The notes under the pieces: model-generated
Told to the model about the DNA's origin: nothing
Database searches by the model: none
Seen by the model: the letters and a program-made list of their open reading frames with translations, nothing else
Shown here: positions 1 through 9,605 of the stretch, piece after piece
How the letters are laid out: every line of letters begins with the position of its first letter
How positions within the stretch are numbered: position 1 is the first letter of the stretch
Assembly (NCBI GenBank): GCA_016184005.1
Contig: JACPDL010000003.1
Coordinates: 171,632-235,631, forward strand
Source of the DNA: Candidatus Aenigmatarchaeota archaeon
Lineage (GTDB): Archaea; Aenigmatarchaeota; Aenigmatarchaeia; GW2011-AR5
DNA: 64,000 nt
Direction: 5' to 3'
Program-made: the position numbers and the translations under genes

Positions 1-1
1 A

Positions 2-589
2 TTGCTTAGGAAAGAAGACGCAAAGAAATCAAAAGAATCCTACAGGGCAATAATATTCCAGTCGGCTCTTATTCTTGCCTGCGTAGGCCTCATTGAAGGC
101 GTTGTAGGAACGTTACTTGAATCAAAGATTGATGTTCTCACTACACTGCCCATACTGCTTGTTCTCTTTCCTGTATTCCTCGAGGAAGGCGGAAACATAG
201 GCAACACACTGGCTTCAAGGATATCGACAAAGCTTCATCTCGGTACTCTGGATACAGACCTGCGCATCGGAGGCGAGATAAAGAAGGAGTTCTTCATTTC
301 CTACTTCCTTTCCCTCGTTGTCTTTCCGCTTACAGGACTGCTTGTCTATGTCTTCAGCTTCGCTTTTGGTATACAGCTGATACCGATAGGCGAGCTGGTA
401 GTCATAACATCGATGGCAGGACTGGTGCTCACGACTGTAATAATAATAGCAACATTCCTGATAGCGCTGCTCTCTTACAAATTCGGCTTCGACCCCGATA
501 ACACAACCATACCTGTTGTAACGGCTGTCGCGGACATACTCGGCGTGCTGTCCCTGCTGGTTGTACTGGGAGCATTCCATATACTGTAG
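2..589 (+). CDS. Polytopic membrane protein, 5'-truncated by window edge; possibly MgtE-like divalent cation transporter membrane domain
   Basis: ORF runs from window edge; multiple hydrophobic helices; GNIGNTLASR-type motif; low-confidence family call. Confidence 0.35.
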   Translation: MLRKEDAKKSKESYRAIIFQSALILACVGLIEGVVGTLLESKIDVLTTLPILLVLFPVFLEEGGNIGNTLASRISTKLHLGTLDTDLRIGGEIKKEFFISYFLSLVVFPLTGLLVYVFSFAFGIQLIPIGELVVITSMAGLVLTTVIIIATFLIALLSYKFGFDPDNTTIPVVTAVADILGVLSLLVVLGAFHIL

Positions 590-805
590 TCAGAAATTCT
601 TGCTGATACATGACATAGCTCTTATTACGTCCTTATCTAATGGGCTTTTCATGTGATAAACTAAGAAGTCACCTGTGATTCTAGTATCAGTGAATATTCC
701 GTCATAGCTCCTAGCTAATTTAACAAATGGAACATTCCAACCTTCAAAGACTAGAACGCCATTAACATATACTTGCCTAGGAATATCTAAATCTATCTGA
801 TACAT
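590..805 (-). CDS. Small hypothetical protein (~72 aa from internal Met MYQIDLD...)
   Basis: Track ORF 590..949; its N-terminal part overlaps hairpin-rich repeat sequence at 850-950, so the real start is likely the Met at ~805. Confidence 0.25.
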   Translation of the reverse strand: MYQIDLDIPRQVYVNGVLVFEGWNVPFVKLARSYDGIFTDTRITGDFLVYHMKSPLDKDVIRAMSCISKNF

Positions 806-1070
806 CTCGGCTTTTCCTGGAGACATCCAAATATTGACAAACCAAAACCTTAAAAAAGTAAATGCGCCCGTCGGGAATTTCGTAGCCTTTGCTTGCTTTT
901 TCCGCAAGCGCTTTTGCGTGAGCAAAAGGGCTTTTCGAACCCGAATCATTAGCTGCCTTCATTTTCCGCCGGCGCTTTTCTGAAAAGGGCCGTTGGAAGG
1001 CTAAGGTCCTACCGTTAGACTACAGGCGCGATTTGTATAATCTGATCTGGACGGTTTTAAATCCCTGTTT

Positions 1071-1571
1071 TTGTCTATCTATATAATGACAACGCCTTTA
1101 CAGAGAAGCCAGCAGATAATGAGAGAAAATCTTTACATGGTCATAGCTACCGCAAGCAAGACCGGAATGCCTTGGATTTCACCTGTATATTTTGCATCCG
1201 ACACGAAACTCGATTTCTATTGGTCCTCGTCAAATGATTCGCTGCATTCAAGGCTGATAAAGAAAAACAATAATGTGGCTGTCGTCATCTTCAATTCAGC
1301 AGCAGCTGAAGGAACGGGCAACGCTGTTTACATGACAGGAAAAGCTTCAGAGGTCCGAGGTAAAGAAATTGAACATAGTCTGAATCTTTTGTACGAGAGA
1401 ACAGGCAAAACTAGTAAATACTTCAAGAACATGAAACCTTCTGATTATACAGGAAGCTCACCTGTGCGCATTTACAAATTTGTCCCGTGCAAATTCTGGA
1501 TGCTTGGAGAAACTGTAAGGATAAAAGGAAAGCTGGTGGACAGGAAAAAAGAAATATTGTTTAAGAAATAA
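1071..1571 (+). CDS. Pyridoxamine 5'-phosphate oxidase-like FMN-binding split-barrel protein
   Basis: ASKTGMPWISPVYF...VAVVIF pattern typical of the PNPOx/general stress protein 26 family; ATG at ~1086 is an alternative start. Confidence 0.5.
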   Translation: MSIYIMTTPLQRSQQIMRENLYMVIATASKTGMPWISPVYFASDTKLDFYWSSSNDSLHSRLIKKNNNVAVVIFNSAAAEGTGNAVYMTGKASEVRGKEIEHSLNLLYERTGKTSKYFKNMKPSDYTGSSPVRIYKFVPCKFWMLGETVRIKGKLVDRKKEILFKK

Positions 1572-1773
1572 TTATTTCTTATGCTAGTGTTATTTTGTTT
1601 GATCGTTAAGCTTTTTCTGAAGCGTTTACTATGTTCTTTGCAGCAAGAATAACAGCGACAACTATCAGTATTTTAACTGCTAGCTTGTATTTGGACTTCA
1701 TTTCATATTTCCGATTCTTTTTTCCTTATAGGAAAGAGGGTTAGAAGGGAGAAAAACCTAGGTTTTCTCCCTC

Positions 1774-3288
1774 TTACTTGAAGAACTTTCTGAGTGCGGG
1801 ATGCATGTCTTCTGCGTAGCGCATCGCGATCTGTTCGTACATGTTGTGGATGATCGATACTGTCAGCAGGATGCCTGTTCCGGTGCCTACGGCGCTCGTG
1901 AAATCAGCAATGGCTGCGATAAGGCCGATTATGAGGCCGCTGAGTACTGTAAGTATTGGTATGTATCTGTCAAGCACCTGCCCCACGATGCGCGGGTCGC
2001 GGCGGAAGCCGGGCACTGACATGCCCATGTCATTTATCTGCTCGGCAACGGCACGGGAGTCCATGCCGCTTGTTGACACCCAGAAAATCGAAAATACTAC
2101 AGAACCAACAACGAACGCAGTCAGGTAGACAAGGGCGTTAAGCGACGCTGCCGCTGTAGGCAGCCCGATGGAAAGGTTTGTTACAAGAACTGCAAGAACA
2201 AACCCCACGATAATGGAAGCAAGCAGAACCTTAAGCGCATTCTGGTATTTCAGGTAGAATGCAAGGAAGCCTGCCGCGAACACAACAGCAAGAAGTATCA
2301 TGAAGAAAATCTGCGTCTGCAGGTCACCCGGCGGGTTCAGGAACGAAATAATTCCGCTTACGGGTAAGCCGTTCGTATCTATGCAGCCCAGGAAGCCGCA
2401 ACGCAACCCGCTTTCGGTAACCCTTGAAGAGAGTGTTGCCATGAACTGGAGGTTTGCTATCAGCGCGCCGACAAGTATGACGGGTATGTTGCTTGTGTAC
2501 ATCAGGTTCAGCGGCCATCTTCTGGAATAACCCCTGACCGACGCGAACGCTATTGGTATCTCAACGCGTATTGCCTGGATATACACAACAATGAGAAACA
2601 CGATTATTGTCGCAATGATAGGCAGCAGCGCAATGAAAGCCTGGAAGACCTCGCCCAATGTCATAAATGTGAAAAACTGCAGCAACAAACCGGCAGGAAC
2701 AGTCTGGCCTTCGGGAGTAATCGGGTTGAAAATCCTGACAAATATCTGCTTTGATACGCCGGCTGCTATGAACAGCGATACGCCCGAGCCTATGCCCCAT
2801 TTCGACACTATCTCGTCCATGTAAAGTACAAGCACGCCGCCAAACGCAATCTGTGCTACTAATAAAAGGAACATATCAGGCGACGCAGGCGGCAATGCAC
2901 CAAAAGCTACGAAAGCGTAAGCTTCAAAGATCGAAAAGAATATTGCAAGGAGTTTTTGCGTTCCCTGGAATCTCTTTTTGCCCTCCTTGGATTTTGTGTC
3001 CCATGACAGGATCTTTGAACCAACCAGCAACTGCAATATTATAGACGATGTTACTATCGGGCCTATGCTGAGCGTCATCAAAGTGCCAAGCGATGCGCCC
3101 AGTATGAGCTCAAAGAACTGCAGGCGCGGCAGCGCTCCTGCTGAAAGCCCGTAAAGCGTTATCTGCCCCAGGAGAAGGAATATCAGAAGTACAAGCGCAG
3201 TCCACTTGAGGCGGGTGATGAAATTGAGATGTGTCTTAGGCTCCTCAATTCCGGGCAGGCCTGAAACAAACTTGTCGTAAAAGGACAT
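1774..3288 (-). CDS. secY: Preprotein translocase subunit SecY/Sec61-alpha
   Basis: 504 aa, 10 TM helices, conserved SecY motifs; sits at the distal end of the r-protein cluster as in archaea. Confidence 0.9.
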   Translation of the reverse strand: MSFYDKFVSGLPGIEEPKTHLNFITRLKWTALVLLIFLLLGQITLYGLSAGALPRLQFFELILGASLGTLMTLSIGPIVTSSIILQLLVGSKILSWDTKSKEGKKRFQGTQKLLAIFFSIFEAYAFVAFGALPPASPDMFLLLVAQIAFGGVLVLYMDEIVSKWGIGSGVSLFIAAGVSKQIFVRIFNPITPEGQTVPAGLLLQFFTFMTLGEVFQAFIALLPIIATIIVFLIVVYIQAIRVEIPIAFASVRGYSRRWPLNLMYTSNIPVILVGALIANLQFMATLSSRVTESGLRCGFLGCIDTNGLPVSGIISFLNPPGDLQTQIFFMILLAVVFAAGFLAFYLKYQNALKVLLASIIVGFVLAVLVTNLSIGLPTAAASLNALVYLTAFVVGSVVFSIFWVSTSGMDSRAVAEQINDMGMSVPGFRRDPRIVGQVLDRYIPILTVLSGLIIGLIAAIADFTSAVGTGTGILLTVSIIHNMYEQIAMRYAEDMHPALRKFFK

Positions 3289-3301
3289 TTTGTACCCTCA
3301 T

Positions 3302-3562
3302 CTAACATTTAGGAATAAGAGGTATAACGTAATCAATATCTCTTGTTTGTATTGGTACCACATCTCGCGGTTTTTGATTTTCATCTAAACAATGATAAAA
3401 CTCGACAAATGCTGGAGCCACTTCTACAACTCTTCCTAAATATCCAGCTATAGTCTCAAACTTTCCCTCTTTGTTTCTATGTCTAACTTCTACTAATCCA
3501 GCCGTCTGCACTACTCTTTGAATGTCTCTAAGTCTGCTCAATTCCATATTTACACTGACCAT
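3302..3562 (-). CDS. Hypothetical 86-aa protein inserted between L15 and SecY
   Basis: Intact ORF in the operon orientation, tight spacing; no recognisable family. Confidence 0.35.
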   Translation of the reverse strand: MVSVNMELSRLRDIQRVVQTAGLVEVRHRNKEGKFETIAGYLGRVVEVAPAFVEFYHCLDENQKPRDVVPIQTRDIDYVIPLIPKC

Positions 3563-3564
3563 TT

Positions 3565-3969
3565 CTATTCTACTATGACTCCGCCGGCCTGCTCTATCTT
3601 TTCTTTGGCCTTCTTTGAACAGCTGGGAATTCTCACTTTGACGGCAACGTTGATGGAACCTTTTGAAAGAAGTTTCTGGTAACCCATTGAAGACAGGTCA
3701 ATAACTTCCGCATGTTCCTGCACTGAAAGAATCTTTTCCACGTCACCGACATTGATTATTTTCATGGATTTCTTGTTGTGCCTTACAAAACCTTTGTATC
3801 CGTAGTGCTCCGGCTCGTAGTTTACAATATACGAATACTTGTGCTTGTGCGAGCCGCCGTAACCGCGCCCGCCCTTGCTGCCTTTTCCGCGGTGTTTCTT
3901 CTTCGAGCCCCAGCCGTGGGTATGCGTACCTCTCTGTCTTGTATCCTTTTTCCTGAAGCGTAGTGTCAT
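3565..3969 (-). CDS. rpl15: 50S ribosomal protein L15 (uL15)
   Basis: Gly/Lys/Arg-rich N-terminus (GSKGGRGYGGSHKHK), position before SecY. Confidence 0.8.
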   Translation of the reverse strand: MTLRFRKKDTRQRGTHTHGWGSKKKHRGKGSKGGRGYGGSHKHKYSYIVNYEPEHYGYKGFVRHNKKSMKIINVGDVEKILSVQEHAEVIDLSSMGYQKLLSKGSINVAVKVRIPSCSKKAKEKIEQAGGVIVE

Positions 3970-4337
3970 TCTTTAACCCTCATCTTTGCATATCTCTTCC
4001 ATTCCATGAGCCTCAGGCCGCCGTTATATCGCTCCTCCAGCAGTCTTGCTGTCGCTTCCGGCATCTTCAGGTCCTTCCGGCCCAGGCCGCCCTTTGCGCC
4101 TTTCTTCCTTGCAAACCTGTATACCTCTCTCGGATTCAGGGCAGAAAAATGATGGGTTCTTTCATCAACAAAAGATTCAGTCGGTTTCTTCTCGTATCTC
4201 AGGACGAGTTTCTCATGACCGTTCATGTCAACAAAGACAGTCCTTTTTTCATCTGCTCGTGTTTCCGTGGTGAAATAACCGAGAAAGCCAAAATCACTGG
4301 CAGGCTTCAGGAAAACCTTGTACTCGGGCATTTTCAC
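3966..4337 (-). CDS. Hypothetical 123-aa protein inserted between L30 and L15
   Basis: ORF overlapping neighbours by 4 bp on both sides (translational coupling); no family recognised. Confidence 0.4.
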   Translation of the reverse strand: MKMPEYKVFLKPASDFGFLGYFTTETRADEKRTVFVDMNGHEKLVLRYEKKPTESFVDERTHHFSALNPREVYRFARKKGAKGGLGRKDLKMPEATARLLEERYNGGLRLMEWKRYAKMRVKE

Positions 4338-4669
4338 AGCATCCTCTTTATGAGATCATTTATGTTGTTTCCGCGATAACCGAGATCGCCTTTTGGCCAG
4401 CGTTTCTTCAGTGTCTTGAACCCGCCCCTTGGCGGAGCAAGCCGGTACACGTTGCCTTTACCTTTTTCTTTCAGCATCTCAAGCAGATCCCCGCTTGCTT
4501 CTCCCCACGTAACGTAGTCTTCTGATTTCTTTATCATGCCCACAATTTCCGATGATTTTGGCACGAGTGCGAGCGCGTGTTTCGTATGCAGGCCAAGCAT
4601 GCGCATCGTGCGCTCTACGTCTTCCCTTACGCCAATCCTTCCACGCACGCGCAAAACAGCCAATTCCAT
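4334..4669 (-). CDS. rpl30: 50S ribosomal protein L30 (uL30)
   Basis: LAVLRVRGRIGV...TMRMLGL motif of uL30; follows S5. Confidence 0.8.
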   Translation of the reverse strand: MELAVLRVRGRIGVREDVERTMRMLGLHTKHALALVPKSSEIVGMIKKSEDYVTWGEASGDLLEMLKEKGKGNVYRLAPPRGGFKTLKKRWPKGDLGYRGNNINDLIKRML

Positions 4670-5386
4670 CTATCGCACCTCTTCATTTATTTCTTCAGGC
4701 TCTTCAGCAGCTTCAACGACACGCTTGGCTTCATTCTCGCTGTGAATCTTCATCTTGTTTATCTTCTTGAACGCATCAAAAACTGCAAGAGTATAATTCA
4801 TCCGGGTTCGCGGATCGCCGAAAGTCTTTGACCATATGTCCCTGATGCCAGCAAGACGCATTATCTTCTTGCCTTCATCATAAACTGCAAGGCCTATTCC
4901 TTTTGGCGCAGGCATCAGCGTAACCTTAACGGATCCCGACTTGCCCTGGATCTCTACAGGTATTGAATGCTTTCCGCCGCAGGAGCACTCCCATGAGCCG
5001 CAGCCGCGCTTTACTGGTATGATATTGAGCTTCGCAGCTTCGGATGCTTTCTCTGTTGCAACCCTGTGTTCCTGGGCTTCTGATTTTCCAACGCCAAAAT
5101 ATCCATCTCCGTTGCCAACCACCACCAGGGCTGAAATCTTGAACCGTCTTCCTGACCTGTGCATTCTTGCTGTTCTCCTTGTAGATGTTCTTTTTATGCC
5201 GCCGCCTTTTCCCGGTGTTCCGCCTATGAAAATTATATCGCTTTGCAGGTTTGGCAGCAGCTTGTCAACGATCTGCGGCTCTTTTATCTTCCTGCCGCTT
5301 GCAAAAACCTCGTCAAGCGTGGCTACCTTGCCATCAAGCACCAGTTTTCCAAGCTCTGTTTTGGGTTTCCAGTTTTCAGTTGACAT
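4670..5386 (-). CDS. rps5: 30S ribosomal protein S5 (uS5)
   Basis: dsRBD plus S5 C-terminal domain motifs (GRRFKISALVVVGNGDGYFGVGKSEA). Confidence 0.9.
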   Translation of the reverse strand: MSTENWKPKTELGKLVLDGKVATLDEVFASGRKIKEPQIVDKLLPNLQSDIIFIGGTPGKGGGIKRTSTRRTARMHRSGRRFKISALVVVGNGDGYFGVGKSEAQEHRVATEKASEAAKLNIIPVKRGCGSWECSCGGKHSIPVEIQGKSGSVKVTLMPAPKGIGLAVYDEGKKIMRLAGIRDIWSKTFGDPRTRMNYTLAVFDAFKKINKMKIHSENEAKRVVEAAEEPEEINEEVR

Positions 5387-5390
5387 GAAT

Positions 5391-5966
5391 TCACCTCAAG
5401 ACCTCAGATATCTTTTCTTTTGTCTGATTGAAAATGCCCGGCAGATCTTCCGGATCGCTGCCGGCCTTGATATACGCAGCAAAATGCTTTCTGAATTTGT
5501 CCTGGCTTTCTGATTTCATCTTTTTTGCATATTCGGCAATATGCATGCCTTTCGTCCTGTTGTCATCAGGAAGTATTTCTTCAGCAACATTTATGCCAAC
5601 ACCGGCGTCTTTGCAGCCTTTCACTGCGGCAAATATGCGTGAGCCTTTCACTGCCCTGTTCAATCCAATATCAACGTTACATTCCCTGACGCCAGCTTTG
5701 AGGCAGAGTTTTCCAAAGAGGAAACCAGTCAGGTAAGCTGCCGGGATGTTTCCAAGATGTCCTTTCCAGCCGTATTTCAAAAGCATCTTGGAGAAAACCT
5801 CGACGGATGTCTTGTCGCTTGAACCCATGAACTCGACTGCCTGTATTCTTACACCATTCAGAGACCTTCTGATAACTACCCTGTGCTTGCTTGATTTCAG
5901 CAGGGCTAAACGGTTCTTATAATCCGTTTTCAGTTCTCTCCTGCGTTTTAATGCTAACATAGTCAT
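5391..5966 (-). CDS. rpl18: 50S ribosomal protein L18 (uL18)
   Basis: LKRRRE...RLALLKSSKH N-terminus and order after L19e. Confidence 0.85.
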   Translation of the reverse strand: MTMLALKRRRELKTDYKNRLALLKSSKHRVVIRRSLNGVRIQAVEFMGSSDKTSVEVFSKMLLKYGWKGHLGNIPAAYLTGFLFGKLCLKAGVRECNVDIGLNRAVKGSRIFAAVKGCKDAGVGINVAEEILPDDNRTKGMHIAEYAKKMKSESQDKFRKHFAAYIKAGSDPEDLPGIFNQTKEKISEVLR

Positions 5967-6020
5967 CGTCCCGACTTTTTCTGCAAATCTTTCATCATCA
6001 TTCTATCACAGTTCTTTTTT

Positions 6021-6125
6021 CTTTTGGGGTTTATCTGCAAAAGCCTGAAAGGCTTTTGAGACACCAGAGAAGCTTTGCTTCTCTGAGTGCAAAGACCTTT
6101 TCTTTCCTAAAGAAAAGGTCTTTGT
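6021..6125. repeat. Family-B palindromic repeat element (three consecutive hairpins); copy 1
   Basis: gcaaaagcctgaaaggcttttg, agagaagctttgcttctct and aaagaccttttctttcctaaagaaaaggtcttt hairpins; near-identical inverted copy at 29001-29090. Confidence 0.7.
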
Positions 6126-6433
6126 CACGCAATCTTGCCGTGCTTGTAAGGCCTCGTCTTGTTGTACTCCATCTTCTGAAGCACTTCCTTTTCAATGTCA
6201 ATCCCGAAGCCTTCTGCGAGGTCTATTGTCCTGATTATGATGTCCGCCAGCTCCTCAGCCATCTTTCCTTTCTCCTGTTTCCTGTACGCTTCACAGCACT
6301 CCCCTGCCTCGCTGACTATAAGCATCAGGGCCTCGAGGAAATTCCTGTCGCCGCCCTCCCAGAAACCCTTTTCCCTTGCTGTGCTGTGAATTTCCCTTGC
6401 CATTTCCTTCATGGTTTTTGTATTGTTATTCAT
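6125..6433 (-). CDS. MazG-like nucleoside triphosphate pyrophosphohydrolase, inserted between L19e and L18
   Basis: EALMLIVSEAGE...EELADIIIRTIDLA acidic helix motifs typical of the MazG/NTP-PPase fold. Confidence 0.55.
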   Translation of the reverse strand: MNNNTKTMKEMAREIHSTAREKGFWEGGDRNFLEALMLIVSEAGECCEAYRKQEKGKMAEELADIIIRTIDLAEGFGIDIEKEVLQKMEYNKTRPYKHGKIA

Positions 6434-6436
6434 TTT

Positions 6437-6889
6437 TCACAACTCATTCTTCTTCAGCATGTTGTTTCGTTCAATATAAGTCATAAGGTGCGCACGGCTT
6501 CTGAAGAAACCGCTCTTGGATTTCATGTAAAGTTTCCTGTACGTGATTTTCTCTATCTTTTGCTCGCTGCGAAGCTGCCTAAGCTGGCTTCTTATGGCAC
6601 GTATGGTCCGCATCCAGTGCCGCTTGCTTTCCCCGGCGTGATGGCCTTTCCTTGACCCCGGGCCACGCCTTCGTCCCTTCCTTTTCTGCAGCGCTATCTT
6701 CTTCTTCCTCGCGTTGCTGAGGCCTTGTTTTGGAAGCGCTTCTATCAGGCCGTCTTTGACCAGCCTTCTTACGTCCTGGGCAGTTATTGCCTCCTCTATG
6801 TCATGTATCCTTTCTGGATCAAGCCAGACGCGGGATTTACCGCATTTCAGCAATCTTGCTGCAATAGTTTTCTGCGTTTTCAATGTCAT
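6437..6889 (-). CDS. rpl19e: 50S ribosomal protein L19e
   Basis: LKTQKTIAARLLKCGKSRVWLDP N-terminus characteristic of eL19. Confidence 0.85.
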   Translation of the reverse strand: MTLKTQKTIAARLLKCGKSRVWLDPERIHDIEEAITAQDVRRLVKDGLIEALPKQGLSNARKKKIALQKRKGRRRGPGSRKGHHAGESKRHWMRTIRAIRSQLRQLRSEQKIEKITYRKLYMKSKSGFFRSRAHLMTYIERNNMLKKNEL

Positions 6890-6953
6890 AACAAATCCCT
6901 TTTCTTTAAGAAAGAAAAGGTCTTTGTATGTCCCAAAAGAAACTTACAAAAAC
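6890..6953. repeat. Family-A start-codon-abutting palindromic element, copy upstream of L19e
   Basis: Reverse complement reads ttttgtaagtttcttttgggacatacaaagaccttttctttcttaaagaaaagggatttgtt immediately followed by the ATG of L19e. Confidence 0.7.
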
Positions 6954-7156
6954 CATTTCTTTACTCTTTCTTTTCAATTTCATCTCCACTTAAGTCCAGA
7001 ATTTTGTCTGGGGTTCTTTCTGCCTGCCTAGTACTGACACATAATATTTGTTGAAAGCGATGTCGCACCTGTTGCAATGATATGTTTCCTTCGAGAGCTG
7101 TTTACTGGCGTCTCCGCAAAACGGACATTTCCCATCGCCAAATGCAACAAACATTT

Positions 7157-7558
7157 TCACACCTGTTTTTCTTCCTTCTTTGCAGATTCTGCAATCTTTT
7201 TCAATACATTCTCCCTTCTGAGCAGGCTTTTCACCCGCCTCATGTTCAGGACAGTAAAGCCCCTTTCACTGGCTGCTTTGTATATCTCAACGGCCTTCTT
7301 CGAGCCAACTGAGCCTGAAATAAATATGCCTGAATTCTCCGGAAGACTTCCCAGCTGCGAAGCGGTGCGAATGTTGAAAGCCCTGAAACCTCTGATCATG
7401 TGCATCTTTGTCTTTTCTGTTCCGTAACCGACTGAAGGCTTTTGACCGGAGCCGCCCTTGCCTAGGCGGAGTTTGCTCTGCCTGCCTCTAGGCTTTCGCC
7501 ATTTAATTCCAAGTTTTTTATAACGGAAATAATCCTGTTGCTTGAAATTCTTGCTCAT
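7157..7558 (-). CDS. rpl32e: 50S ribosomal protein L32e
   Basis: KKLGIKWRKPRGRQSKLR signature of eL32. Confidence 0.8.
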   Translation of the reverse strand: MSKNFKQQDYFRYKKLGIKWRKPRGRQSKLRLGKGGSGQKPSVGYGTEKTKMHMIRGFRAFNIRTASQLGSLPENSGIFISGSVGSKKAVEIYKAASERGFTVLNMRRVKSLLRRENVLKKIAESAKKEEKQV

Positions 7559-7938
7559 ACACCAGCACCCTCCAGCAACCTAATAAGTCTTTCTGATCGA
7601 CCTTCAAAATATATCTTATCAAAAAACGCATCAAATCCGGCTGGTTTCCATTTATCTTCTCGGACATAACTCTGACTCATCAGAACCATATAACGCCTTG
7701 GCAGCGATCCTTCTTTTTCAAGTCTTCTAATTTCTGAACCAATTTGCAATCCGGTTTCATCTTTGTGGTCAATGAACCGAAGGTCGCATAAGACTGCATC
7801 AGGATTATCTCTCAAATATGCTGCGATTGCTTGGTCTCTAGTGGTTGCTGTTGTTGTCTCATAGCCGGCCTTCTCCAATGGAACTGTACATCTAACTAAC
7901 CAATGGTCTTTGTCATCAGCTACTAAGACTTTTTTCAT
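7555..7938 (-). CDS. Stand-alone CheY-like response-regulator receiver domain, inserted between L6 and L32e
   Basis: MKKVLVADD start, conserved Asp (LCDLRF), 127 aa, single domain. Confidence 0.6.
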   Translation of the reverse strand: MKKVLVADDKDHWLVRCTVPLEKAGYETTTATTRDQAIAAYLRDNPDAVLCDLRFIDHKDETGLQIGSEIRRLEKEGSLPRRYMVLMSQSYVREDKWKPAGFDAFFDKIYFEGRSERLIRLLEGAGV

Positions 7939-7941
7939 ACC

Positions 7942-8523
7942 TTATCCCTTTATTCTCTCGCCTGTTTCCAGATACTTGCCAGTGAGATAGACCCCATCCT
8001 GGAATATGCGCCTGTCCCGTTTCGTGATCTTGCATGCTTGCTCTATATTTGCAGCGGTCTGGCCAACATCCTCAATGCTCACGCCAACAATTTCAAGCTC
8101 ATCTTTCCCGACACTGACTTCAGCATTACCGATTATTCTTGCGGTTCGCGCGCCTTTCTCGCCTACGAAATTTCTTATCTGCACTTCCCTGTCCTTCACG
8201 CTTATTGTAATCGGGAAGTGCGTATAGAAAACCTTCATTTTATACTTGTAACCGCTTGTCGCGCCGCCGATCATGTTGCGGGCATGTGCGGCTATGGTGC
8301 CGCAAAGGCTTCTTATTTTCTTTTCATTGGAATCCGAGACTATTGATATTTCATTGCCGGATCTTTCAATGGAAATTCTTTTTGAAAATCTTGGATCATT
8401 GAAATCCTTGCTTATCTGGCCCCTTGGTCCTTTCATGATGATTCTCTTGCCGTCTATCTGGACATCCAGGTTATCAGGAACCATTATTCTCTTTTCTATT
8501 TTCTTGTTGTCCATGATCATCAT
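7942..8523 (-). CDS. rpl6: 50S ribosomal protein L6 (uL6)
   Basis: Two uL6 repeats; the track ORF extends to 8655 but overlaps S8, so the start is placed at the internal MIMDNKK. Confidence 0.85.
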   Translation of the reverse strand: MMIMDNKKIEKRIMVPDNLDVQIDGKRIIMKGPRGQISKDFNDPRFSKRISIERSGNEISIVSDSNEKKIRSLCGTIAAHARNMIGGATSGYKYKMKVFYTHFPITISVKDREVQIRNFVGEKGARTARIIGNAEVSVGKDELEIVGVSIEDVGQTAANIEQACKITKRDRRIFQDGVYLTGKYLETGERIKG

Positions 8524-8525
8524 CT

Positions 8526-8912
8526 TCAATATACGTAAGCAAGCAGCCTGCCGCCCAGGCCGGCTTTGACAGCTTCCTTCTGCGTCATTACGCCCTTCGA
8601 TGTCGATATTATCAGAAGCCCGAAGTCCTTTGCCGGAAGATATCTTGTCTCCCATTTCTCGTATTCATTCCTCTTTACAGGCAACCGCGGCTTTACAGCC
8701 CTCGACTTGTTTATTTTGCCAACCAGCTGTATCTCGAGTCTTCCTGATTTTCCGTCATCTATGAACTCGAATTTGCCTATGTAAAGCTCTTTCTGAAGGA
8801 CCTTGAGGACGTCCTTGACCAGGGATGACGCAGGCACTACGCATGCCCTTTTCCCTGTCTTTTCAGCGTTAGATATCACGTGCAAAACGTCAACAAGCAA
8901 GTCATGTCTCAT
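8526..8912 (-). CDS. rps8: 30S ribosomal protein S8 (uS8)
   Basis: MRHDLLVDVLHVISNAEKTGK uS8 N-terminus. Confidence 0.9.
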   Translation of the reverse strand: MRHDLLVDVLHVISNAEKTGKRACVVPASSLVKDVLKVLQKELYIGKFEFIDDGKSGRLEIQLVGKINKSRAVKPRLPVKRNEYEKWETRYLPAKDFGLLIISTSKGVMTQKEAVKAGLGGRLLAYVY

Positions 8913-8917
8913 TCTTT

Positions 8918-9079
8918 CACCCGAATTTCCTGAAGCCCAAATCCTGCGCCACTTCCCTGAAGCAGCGGCGGCAGTACATCAAGCCGTATTTTCTTATTAT
9001 TCCATCCATTGAACCGCATCTGATGCATTTCCTGGAGCCTTTGCCGAATTTCCTTTTAATAATTTTTCTGCGAACCATA
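8918..9079 (-). CDS. rps14: 30S ribosomal protein S14 (uS14, zinc-binding type Z), 53 aa
   Basis: Not in ORF track (short). Minus-strand translation gives [53 protein letters not shown] with C-x2-C...C-x2-C. Coordinates +/-2. Confidence 0.8.
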
Positions 9080-9083
9080 AGTA

Positions 9084-9605
9084 TCATTCTTCAATTTTAA
9101 CATTGAAACGCTCAGCAACAAAGTCCATTGCTTCTTCTTTACTTATCATGTGTGACTTGCCGAGTTTCTTTGGCAATTTCCTTCTTTTTACCCTGTATCC
9201 TGGCCTTTCCAGCGTGACAGCAACATCAAAGCCTACCATCCCGATCTTTGGATCATAGTCAGTTCCGGGAACATCTATGTACTCCTTTATGCCGAAGGAG
9301 AAATTCCCGCTTGAGTCAAAGCTGGTTTTTCGAAGCATGTTCTCTTTAGCTTCAAGAAGCCTCTTGAGCGTATCCTCCGCATCTTTTCTAAGGGTCACTT
9401 TGCATCCGATAGGCTTGTTTTTTGGAACGCCGAAAGTTGAGCGTTTTTTTGAATGTGTTATGACAGCTTTTTTTTCAGTGATCATCTCTAATATGATCTT
9501 GGCGTTTTCAGGGTTCATGGTTGATCCGCATCCGATATTCAGGGTTATTTTTTCTATCCGTATCTTTTTCATGGGATTCATGGGAGTCATTTCAAACACC
9601 AACAT
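9084..9605 (-). CDS. rpl5: 50S ribosomal protein L5 (uL5)
   Basis: [13 protein letters not shown] and C-terminal uL5 motifs. Confidence 0.9.
   Translation of the reverse strand: MLVFEMTPMNPMKKIRIEKITLNIGCGSTMNPENAKIILEMITEKKAVITHSKKRSTFGVPKNKPIGCKVTLRKDAEDTLKRLLEAKENMLRKTSFDSSGNFSFGIKEYIDVPGTDYDPKIGMVGFDVAVTLERPGYRVKRRKLPKKLGKSHMISKEEAMDFVAERFNVKIEE

Noticed and set aside
7942-8655. 237-aa L6 ORF with 44-aa N-terminal extension
   Set aside because: The extension overlaps the S8 coding region. An internal Met (MIMDNKK) gives a normal-length uL6.
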